Of a DNA stretch of 64,000 bases, positions 25,392-35,230 are shown in pieces. Source of the stretch: Mobula hypostoma (taxonomy: Eukaryota); contig NC_086097.1 of NCBI RefSeq assembly GCF_963921235.1, positions 75,642,001 to 75,706,000 on the forward strand, read 5' to 3'. The first letter of the stretch is position 1, and every line of letters starts with the position of its first letter. A program made the translations under genes and the position numbers. The notes under the pieces are model-generated. The model did not search any database, was not told where the DNA came from, and saw only the letters and a program-made list of their open reading frames with translations.

Positions 25392-25527
25392 GACACAAGA
25401 GATTCAGCAGATGCAGGAAATCTTGAGCAACACAAAAAAAAACGGAGGAACTCAGCAGGTCAGACAGCATCTATGGAGGGAAATAAATAGTCAACCTTTC
25501 GGGCTTGAGACCCTTCATCTGGACTGA
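25392..25527 (-). mobile_element. Short Penelope terminal-repeat fragment
   Basis: Family end motif and degenerate hammerhead at ~25489-25525. Confidence 0.65.
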
Positions 25528-25844
25528 GATAAACAAAGGCATTTTGGAACTTAATGTGGGGTGGTTCAAGTTCTTTCATCTTGGATCACGTCAGTATACT
25601 TTCCTAATTGCTAAGAAAGTTAGGACTATAGAAGGCATAATAATTTAGATGAGAAAGTACACAAATTATTTCAACCTTATTGACAGATGCACTGTGAACT
25701 TAGAACCATGAATAAAATACTGGTTATTTCAAAAAAAAAATCTAGATTGCAAAAGAGTGAAATTTATACTAGTTCTATTATCAACTTAATCAGTGGAGCC
25801 CCTTATTAAGTTCTGGATACCAATACATAAAATATTCTCATAAT

Positions 25845-26420
25845 TTTATTAGTGAGGCCACACCTAAAGTTTTGTGTCCAATTTTGATCTCATTACTTAC
25901 TATTAATTCCTTGCTTACGGTTTAGGTTTCCTTATTTGCTATAAATGGAGTCCAAGAAAGATTCACCAAACTATTTCCAGAAGACAAGTATTGAGTAGAG
26001 ACTGAATAGGGTGCGCCTGCCTCCCTTTTCTAATGTTTATAAGAATGAGAGATATTCCCACTGCAATACACAACCCTTCAGAATTTGTCCAAATAACTCT
26101 TAGTAGGGTCAGCTGGATTGATACAAGGCAGAAGCTTGTCAAATCAAAGTTCCTAGAACTAATAGTGAAATAAGGAGAAATGTCATCTCAGTGTGACAAG
26201 TCTCTAGAATTCTCTATTCTGGACAGCTTTGAAGATTTAGACATTGCTTACATTTTAAAAAAAAGTTTGGCAAATTTCTGCACATTAGAGAATCAAGAAT
26301 ATGGGAACTATATTGAAAAAATAGTATTGCAGTTGAAGATCAGTTATGGTTTTCTCGAAAAGAAGGGTGGGCTTGAGAAGTTGACTGGCCAATTCCTGTT
26401 CCATTTTTTTATGTTCTTTC
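25845..26420 (+). mobile_element. Highly decayed CR1 3' fragment
   Basis: LVRPHL..CVQF and VQERFTKL remnants. Confidence 0.6.
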
Positions 26421-27524
26421 ATAGGGCTTGAAGCACTGTTTCACCAGAATAGTATTGAAACATACAATAAATTAACAAGACTATTAGCATACATTTAGTT
26501 TTTTATGCCTTTAGCTACAGAAGAATATGGACTGGTCTGTCAGAGGTACACAAAAGGTTTCATAAAAACCTATTCACAATAACTATTTAATCTGATAGGG
26601 AAATAGAAAATCAAAGGAATAAATTCAAAATTAGAGTTATTTACAAGGAAAATCAGAATTATTTTTAAACAAAGGCTAGCAGAATATGTTGGAAATCCCA
26701 AAAGTTTTCAAATAATTGCCTTTGTGATGCAAGATTTTAAAATGATATATCAAAAAGATACTGTAGACTAGTTGTACAGAGTGTTAAGTCAGTCTCTGAT
26801 CAATTCTGGTCAGCAGATCTCAAGAAATACTCAAAAAATACTCTGACTTTCCACAACAATTGAAGGTGAAAGGAGAACTAATAAAATTAGAATCAATGGA
26901 AAAAAATCAGAACTGTCAGGTAAGAGCTACTCATTAAAAGGAGTGCTGTCTAATTTCATTGATCATGTCAGCAAAATTTCAGTCAACAAGATTTTAATCA
27001 CATTTATCCCCATTTGATGAGGATTTTGAAGAAGTTTCAAGCACGTATCCTGTCTGATAAATCCTTTATCCTTCTACTCCTGCTGCAGTTATCTCAGCAT
27101 TGATTCATTTCATACTTACAACAGACCACCCAATGATATTTCCCATTCATAACATTGGATCACTTTGATATATTTCTTCTCTCCAGTGAATGACCATTGC
27201 ATCCCAAAGTTTCCTACTACAAGTGGTATTTTCTGAATATTCACCTCATTGCTTCCTCTCCCCCCTTTCACTTCCAAAATCTTCACTTTCCATCAATTTT
27301 ACTCACCTTACTTTTCTTCCTGGTCTCTCCATTTTCCTTTCTCACTCCCACCCTCCCTCCCTCCCCCCCTCCCCCTCTCATTCTATGCACTACCATGTCC
27401 CTTTCCTTTCCTCCATATTGGTTCCATAATTACTAACATTGTTTTATCAGAAGAAAAAGATCCTTAAGTGCATTTCCACAGTGATCAACTAACATTATAA
27501 GACCTATTTCTCCTCAGATTTTCC

Positions 27525-29405
27525 AGTGAACAGTAGGGCACTGAGGAGTGCTGTAGAACAGAGAAATCTGCGAATACAGGTCCACAATTCACACAGGAGA
27601 TTAGTGTGCAAACTTAAAGCACACGTTATTGGGGGTAAGGTATTGGTGTGGGTGGAGAATTGGTTAGCAGACAGGAAGCAAAGAGTGGAAATAAACGGGA
27701 CCTTTTCAGAATGGCAGGCGGTGACTAGTGGGGTACCACAAGGCTCAGTGCTGGGACCCCAGTTGTTTACAATATATATTAATGACTTAGATGAGGGAAT
27801 TAAATGCAGCATCTCCAAGTCTGCGGATGACACGAAGCTGGGCGGCAGTGTTAGCTGTGAGGAGGATGCTAAGAGGATGCAGGGTGACTTGGATAGGTTG
27901 GGTGAGTGGGCAAATTCATGGCAGATGCAATATAATGTGGATATATGTGAAGTTATCCACTTTGGTGGCAAAAATAGGAAAACAGATTATTATCTGAATG
28001 GTGGCCAATTAGGAAAAGGGGAGGTGCAACGAGACCTGGGTGTCATTATACACCAGTCATTGTAAGTGGGCATGCAGGTACAGCAGGTGGTGAAAAAGGC
28101 GAATGGTATGCTGGCATTTATAGCGAGAGGATTCGAGTACAGGAGCAGGAAGGTACTACTGCAGTTGTACAAGGCCTTGGTGAGACCACACCTGGAGTAT
28201 TGTGTGCAGTTTCGGTCCCCCAATCTGAGGAAAGACATCCTTGCCATAGAGGGAGTACAAAGAAGGTTCACCAGATTGATTCCTGGGATGGCAGGACTTT
28301 CATATGAAGAAAGACTGGATGAACTGGGCTTGGACTCGTTGGAATTTAGAAGATTGAGGGGGGATCTGATTGAAATGTATAAGATCCTAAAGGGATTGGA
28401 CAGGCTAGATGCAGGAAGATTGTTCCCGATGTTGGGGAAGTCCAGAACGAGGGGAAACAGTTTGAGGATGGAGGGGAAGCCTTTTAGGACCAAGATTAGG
28501 AAAAACTTCTTCACACAGAGGGTGGTGAATCTGTGGAATTCTCTGCCACAGGAAACAGTTGAGGCCAGTTCATTGGCTATATTTAAGAGGGAGTTAGATA
28601 TGGCCCTTGTGGCTACGGGGGTCAGGGGGTATGGAGGGAAGGCTGGGGCGGGGTTCTGAGTTGGATGATCAGCCATGATCATAACAAATGGCGGTGCAGG
28701 CTTGAAGGGCCAAATGGCCTACTCCTGCACCTATTTTCTATGTTTCTATGTTTCTATGAAAGTGGTGTCACAGGTTGATAGGGTTGTAAAGAAAGCTTTT
28801 GGCACATTCACCTTCATAAAGCAAAGCACTGCAGTACAGGAGATGGGATGTTATGTTGAAGTTGTATAAGACAATGGTGAGGCCTAATTTGGAGTATTGT
28901 GTGTAGTTTTGGTCACCTGCCTACAGGAAAGATGTAAATACGGTTGAAAGAGTACAGAGAAAATTTACAAGGAAGTTGCTGGGAGTGGAGGACCTGAGTT
29001 ATAAGGAAAGATTGAATAGGTTAGGACTTTATTGCATGTAACATAGAAGACTGAGGGGAGATTTGATGGAGGTATACAAAATTATGAGGGGTATAGATAG
29101 GGTAAATGCAAGCAGGTTTTTTTCCATTGAGGTTGTCTAGCACTACAACTAGAGGTTATGGTTTACTGGTGAAAGGTGAAAAGTTTAAGGGGAACATAAG
29201 GGGGAAACCTTCACTCAGAGGGGTGTGAGAGTGTGGAACCAGCTGCCAGCACAAGTGATACACGTGAGCTTGATTTCAACGTTTAAGAGCAGTTTGGATA
29301 AGTACGTGGATGGTGCAGGTCGATGGGAGTAGGCAGTTTAAATGGTTTGGCATGGAATAGAAGCACCTGTTTCTTTGCTGTACTTTTCTATGATTCTATG
29401 ACTCT
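27525..29405 (+). mobile_element. Older CR1 3' fragment hosting the young CR1
   Basis: 27525-27590 (VEQRNL.IQVHNS) continues at 28757 (KVVSQVDRVVKKAFG); (TTCTATGA) tail at ~29386-29404. Confidence 0.8.
27591..28756 (+). mobile_element. Young 5'-truncated CR1 LINE
   Basis: RT C-terminus (SGVPQGSVLGP, KSADDTK, LVRPHLEYCVQF) in one frame with a single TAA at 28063-28065; (TTCTATGT)n tail. Confidence 0.93.
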
Positions 29406-29553
29406 TTCAGTTTTTGCTGTCATAAATTAACATCTTCTCACATAGTGGAAGTTGCCAACAACAGGAATTCAGCAGATGCTGGAAATTCAAGCAACACACA
29501 TCAAAGTTGCTGGTGAACGCAGCAGGCCAGGCAGCTTCTCTAGGAAGAGGTAC

Positions 29554-29589
29554 AGTCGACGTTTCAGGCCGAGACCCTTCGACAGGACT
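29554..29589 (-). ncRNA. Hammerhead motif with mutated CUGANGA box
   Basis: Reverse complement AGTC CTGTCGA AGGGTCTCGGCCT GAAAC GTC GACT. Confidence 0.65.
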
Positions 29590-30256
29590 AACTTAAGGAA
29601 GAGTTAGTAAGAGATTTGAAAGTGGGAGGGGGAGGGGGAGATCCAAAATGATAGGAGAAGACAGGAGGGGGAGGGATGGAGCCAAGAGCTGGACAGGTGA
29701 TTGGCAAAGGGGATATGAGAGGATCATGGGACAGGAGGCCCGGGGAGAAAGACAAAGGCGGGGGGGGGGAACCCAGAGGATGGGCAAGGAGTATAGTCAG
29801 AGGGAGAGAGGGAGAAAAAGGAGAGTGAGAGAAAGAATGTGTGAATAAAAATAAATAACGGATGGGGTATGGGGGGGTGGGGCATTAGCGGAAGTTAGAG
29901 AAGTCGATGTTCATGCCATCAGGTTAGAGAAGTCAATGTTCATGCCATCAGGTTGAACATTGACTTCTTTAACTTCCGCTAATGCCCCACCTCCCTCTCG
30001 TACCCCATTCGTTATTTATTTTTATTTACACATTCTTCCTCTTTCTCTCATTTTTCTCCCTCTGACTATACTCCTTGCCCATCCTCTGGGTCCCCCCCCC
30101 CTTGTCTTTCTCCCTGGACCTCCTGTCCCATGATCCTCTCATATCCCCTTTGCCAATCACCTGTCCAGCTCTTGGCTCCATCCCTCCCCCTCTATCATTT
30201 TGGATCTCCCCCTCCCCCTCCCACTTTCAAATCTCTTACTAACTCTTCCTTCAGTT

Positions 30257-30292
30257 AGTCCTGACGAAGGGTCTCAGCCTGAAACGTCGACT
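30257..30292 (+). ncRNA. Minimal type-I hammerhead ribozyme motif, intact core
   Basis: AGTC CTGACGA AGG-GTCTCAG-CCT GAAAC GTC GACT: helix I AGTC/GACT, CUGANGA and GAAA boxes, GUC triplet at 30286-30288. Confidence 0.8.
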
Positions 30293-31083
30293 GTACCTCT
30301 TCCTAGAGATGCTGCCTGGCCTGCTGCGTTCACCAGCAACTTTGATGTGTGTTAGTGGAAGTTGCCTGTGGAATGACTAAGAGGATAATGTAAATAAGTA
30401 ATCTTCACAATCAGCATGGTATGAATACATAATGTATATGTACAGATACAATATACAGGGCAAATCAATCATTCCGGACCCAACTGATTGCCTGGGCTTG
30501 ATGGCCATGGCTCCCACCCACCACACTTACCTCTTCCTGATATAGAGAGCCAGACAGGCAAATTCTCTGCACCCAGCTCACATCCTGTGAGGCAGAGCGG
30601 GCTCCAGACTGCCTTAAGCCACTTATGCTGATGCCCTGATAGTCTTTGGCATCTTGCAACTTATTACAAGCCTTTTAATAGTATATAAATATCCCGTGTC
30701 AGTTATCAATCTTTTAAAACTATTCAAGTTTATTTAAATAATTTTAAAAACTTAATTGAAAGACCTGAAAGCGTATTTACCTTTAAATGCATCAAACATC
30801 AAAAAATAATTTAAAACATTAAAATAACTACAGCACTTACTTGCACTTAACATATTTTGTAGTTCCTTCTTTTAGATTCTATACATGCCTAAAAGATGGA
30901 CTCTATGCAACTCTGTGTGCCTAGTCGCTAGTGAATCAGATTTACCAGATAACATAAAGAACAATTGTTGGAAGAAGATGAACAATCTTCTACTGTGGCA
31001 GTAAACAGTGTGGAACAACACAGGATAAGCTGGGGTTTCCGAGAAGAAGCAGGAATGGGCAGGTTTCTTCTTGCAGCCTTAAT

Positions 31084-31086
<3 letters not shown>

Positions 31087-31114
<28 letters not shown>
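31087..31114. repeat. (AC)n microsatellite
   Basis: Direct inspection. Confidence 0.95.
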
Positions 31115-32150
31115 TGAGTACATTATAGGAGAACCATATCTAAATTATCAATGTTAATTAATTTTATACATAGTTTATGCTTATGCTTCACCACTATTGA
31201 GCACATTAGAGGTCTTTGACCCATCACAAAATTAATTGTCATGCTATGCAAAATTTTACAATATATATTATATATAACAGATAGAGACACAATTACATTT
31301 TCAGTAAGTTCTTTGTGAAATATCTTAATAATTTAAATAGCATGCAATCAATAACTTTCCAATGCTGTCATTTTCACTAATGCATTTAGCAGGGCTGCTA
31401 CATAGTCATGATTTCTTGCTTTTAACATATATTTAAGTTTTTACTACAGCCTGCTCTTCAGAGCTGTTCTGGACACCATGGGAATGAAAAAGAGGGAAAC
31501 GGGAATTCAGCAAACACAGAATCTTTAAATCTGTAAGTCATTGGTAAAATGAATCATAAAATGTGCTAAATATGCTACGGGATAACGTCTTACATCACAA
31601 ATATTTGTCGTGGTTAAATGAAGATTTCACAGTTTTCTAATTTATTACATTCATTCCGAATTCAAAACAATAGTCTCCCTCAACCTTATCTTACTTTTCA
31701 ACAATATTCACACTTTCCGATCATTACCCACTTTCATCTTTCAGTCTTTCAACCACAGCAGCATCAGATATCATAAGTCTCATACTTTCAACATGGATCG
31801 CTAATAGATTAAAGATTAAATCGAACCAAAATGAAATGAATTTGAAATAATCACATTTCCAGCTGACAGTGATGCAACTTTTCCAAATGCAAAGGTTTTA
31901 ATTTAACTTAAAACTCTTATTAGCTATAGGGACACGGAATAAATAGGGTGCGCTAGTCAAAAGGGGAAGAACAAAATTCAAGAGGCATGTTTATCATGGT
32001 AAATGCATGAGAAATAATATATGCATATATTCTAATGTGGAAGAAACTTAGGTAATAGATTGAAAATGTGATGTACAATGGTCTGATACTGATTGATTGC
32101 TAAATGCAAAACAACAAATTCACTTTATGTAAGTCAGTGATAATAAATTT

Positions 32151-32277
32151 AACCGTGCTGGAGGAACTCAGCAGGTCAGGCAGCATCAATGGAAAAGAGT
32201 AAGCCTGGCCTGCTGAGTTCCTCCAGCGTTTTGTGTGTGTTGCTTGGATTTCCAGCATTTGCAGATTTTCTCATCTT
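32151..32277. mobile_element. Miniature fold-back Penelope-end element
   Basis: 25-bp inverted arms GCTGGAGGAACTCAGCAGG(T/C)CAGGC; 13-bp TSD TGATAATAAATTT (32138-32150, 32278-32290). Confidence 0.8.
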
Positions 32278-33789
32278 TGATAATAAATTTGATTCTGATT
32301 TTCTCTCTGTGGTGATCAATGTTTTGCTGCTCTATGAGTTTCCGGGTATTCGATCAGAATAGGTAATTATCTGCCATAAAAAATACATCACTTTTTAATG
32401 TTACCAAACCTTGTTGCGTTTATTTATCGTTGCTTTAGAACTAATTATTTACTCATTTATTTCCTAGCTAAGAGGCCAATTAAGTTCTTCGTTATTGTGA
32501 GGAGATGCAAGTGAGCCGTGATGTTTGACATTCGACTCAGTTTCTGTGATTTAAAAAAAACCTACCTTAGACAAGGAACTAATCGTACAGGGAACCGAAA
32601 GGGAGAACCCACATCCTTTTTTTAAAAAAAAGTTTATCTAGTTTGAAATGCAGTTATTGTCTTTCCACGTTAAAAATGTATTTCCGCATTAGCTTCAGAT
32701 TGTTTTAATTTCAGGACCAAATTGGTGAATTAAACCAGAAGAAACTACAAATTCAAAATTTACTTCAAACTTCTAGGAAAAGATTAATTGGGGATAGAAA
32801 TAACCAGCAAACTCTAGCCCTTGATCCTTCTGCATCTTTTTATAATGGCTTTCAGACAATATGCTTTCAAAGTGGCCCTTATAAATAAAATCATCATAGT
32901 TGTTAAACATCAAATTAACTGATAATGGAAGGGCACCCGTATTTTTTCACCGAATGGGGTGGCTTGCAGCGCATCGTCCGGCTAGCGATGCCTTTTCCAG
33001 CACCCAGGCTTTCCCTTCCCAGCTCACTAACGTATAGCCAGCTCGCCGAGCCAGAGGCTCGTACAAAAACGCTGAAGGAAATCAGCAGATTACACAGCAT
33101 CCATGCAAGAGAATAAACAGTCGACTTTCCTGGTGAAGTGCCTCGGTCGACTGTTTATTTCCTGCCATAGACGCGATGCGGCTCGCAGGGATCCTCCAGC
33201 GATTCCCGCGCGCAGCCCAAGCTTCCCAGCATCTGCAGAATCTCTTGTGCCTTTAAATTACTGCGCGCTACCACTGGGAAAGAGGGAAGGACTACTTCCA
33301 CGCGGCTCACATTGACAGAGAGAAAACTAACCTTTCAGCAGCACGCGTCGGGCTTTAATTACTGACCAGTTCTAGCGGAACTGAGTGAAGAGAGAGCGAA
33401 GCAGAGAGAGGGGCGAAAGGTAGGGAGGAAGGTGGATCGGTCTGCAGGACTTGTTGTCGGGGCGGAGGAGGGATACGGGTTTCCCAGGGTGCGTGCGACG
33501 TCCATTGCTTCCGCCCGGACGCCAGGCAGCGTCCCCCTCCCTCCCTCCCACAGAGACGGCCCAGCGCCCCTCCTCCTCTTCTCGCCGACTGAGAGCGGGA
33601 TGGAGCTCCAGAGTGGAGCGGTGCCACTGGACAGGCCGGGGTCAGGCCACTGAAGACAGGCCACGAGTGGTGCGCTTCTCCCTCTCCCTCTCCCCCCCTC
33701 CCCCTCACTTTCCCACCCGGTGTGATGTGGATACCAGCGGCCGAGGCGCTGCCCGGCCCGGGACAGGCAGCGGGAAGGGCGGCTGCAAC

Positions 33790-33858
33790 ATGAAGAAGTG
33801 GTGTGGCGTGCCGGGGATGCTGCTGAGGATTAACGTGGCGATGATCGCAAGGCGCTGA
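33790..33858 (+). other. Putative uORF MKKWCGVPGMLLRINVAMIARR
   Basis: GCAACATGA Kozak context; TGA ends 3 nt before ATG 33862, same frame. Confidence 0.4.
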
Positions 33859-33861
33859 AAG

Positions 33862-33887
33862 ATGAGCGAGGAGGCAAACCAGACCGA
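33862..33887 (+). CDS. Probable coding part of exon 1 of an unidentified gene (MSEEANQT, phase-2 intron)
   Basis: AAGATGA start (A at -3) within the CpG island, followed by donor GA|GTAAGG; no convincing exon 2 found in the window. Confidence 0.5.
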
Positions 33888-34274
33888 GTAAGGGGACTAC
33901 ATCAAGGCATAAATAAACAAATGGTAGCCGCCGGCGCTCGCACCCGGGGGCTCGCTTCCCAGCACTGTCGTCCGACTACCATCATGATTCCGGCGTAATC
34001 TGGGGACGCAACCGCAGCCCAACCCCGGCATGGACCACTTGGGTCCCTACCATTACTCCCTCTGCCCCCCTCCCAGACCCCTAACCCAACATCCACCCCT
34101 GACCCACCATCCCTCCACTGCCTCCCGATCAACCCCACACCCCCGATTGATCCGTCATGCCCCCGACCCGCCAGTCACCTTCGCCCACCCCCGGATACGA
34201 CAGCAACCTTTCTTTCTCTCCGTAAGCCACCAATTGCCCTCTTACCAACACTGACCCAACAATTACCCGCTTAC

Positions 34275-35230
34275 CGGCCCCCGATCCGACAGTTACCCTC
34301 TCCACAGCCCTCCGACCCACCAGTCATCCTCTCCCCAGCCCTCCGACCAGTCATCCTCTCCCCAGCCCTCCGACCAGTCATCCTCTCCCCAGCCCTCCGA
34401 CCCACCAGTCACCCTCTTCCCAGTCCTCCGACCCACCAGTCACCCTCTTCCCAGTCCTCCGACCCACCAGTCACCCTCTCCCCAGCCCCGATCCGACAGT
34501 CACCCTCTACCCAGCCTTCCGGCCTACCAATTGCACTCCTCCCACCCCACCCCCCCATCCGACTCCTCACCCATCCCCCCAATCCGACTCCTCACCCATC
34601 CCCCCGATCCGACTCCTCAGTCACCCCCCCGATCCGACGTCACCCACACCCCCGATCCGACTCCTCACCCACACCCCCGATCCGACTCCTCACCCACACC
34701 CCCGATCCGACTCCTCACCCACACCCCCCGATCCGACTCCTCACCCACGCTCCCGATCCGACTCCTCACCCACGCTCCCGATCCGACTCCTCACCCACCC
34801 CCCCGATCCGACTCCTCACCCACACCCCCGATCCGACTCACCGTCCCCCCCGATCCGACTCACCCTCCCCCCGTCCCCCCCGATCCGACTCACCCTCCCC
34901 CCGTCCCCCCCGATCCGACTCACCCTCCCCCCGTCCCCCCCCGATCCGACTCACCCTCCCCCCGTCCCCCCCCCGATCCGACTCACCCTCCCCCGTCCCT
35001 CCCCATCCGACTCACCCTCCCCGTCCCCCAGATCCGACTCACCCTCCCCGCCCCCCCATCTGACTCACCCTCCCCCATCCCCCCAATCCGACTCACCCTC
35101 CCCCATCCCCCAATCCGACTCACCCTCCCTGTCCCCCATCCGACTCTCACCCTCTCCATGCCCCCTCCATCCGACTCGCCCTCCCCATCACCCCGATCCG
35201 ACTCGCCCTTCCCCTCATCCGCACTTCACC
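34275..35230. repeat. C-rich compound minisatellite (~23-29 bp units built on TCCGAC...TCACCC)
   Basis: Direct tandem repeats such as CCCCCGATCCGACTCCTCACCCACAC. Confidence 0.92.

Larger units (their letters stand above)
29457..30352. mobile_element. Fold-back Penelope-derived element with two hammerhead motifs
   Basis: ~400-bp inverted arms; 14-bp TSD TAGTGGAAGTTGCC (29443-29456, 30353-30366). Confidence 0.9.
32930..34300. promoter_or_regulatory. CpG island / TATA-less promoter
   Basis: Sharp rise in GC and CpG against a CpG-poor background; GC boxes GGGGCGGAG (33459-33467) and CCGCCC (33511-33516); ETS-like CGGAA motifs. Confidence 0.88.

Noticed and set aside
27990..28682. 230-aa antisense ORF (similar ones at 53799-54620)
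   Set aside because: Antisense shadow frames of CR1 RT
33355..33858. Overlapping 70-135 aa ORFs in the CpG island
   Set aside because: Expected from stop-poor GC-rich DNA; no recognisable domain
34275..35230. CRISPR-like periodicity
   Set aside because: Tandem units without unique spacers, no cas genes, eukaryotic context
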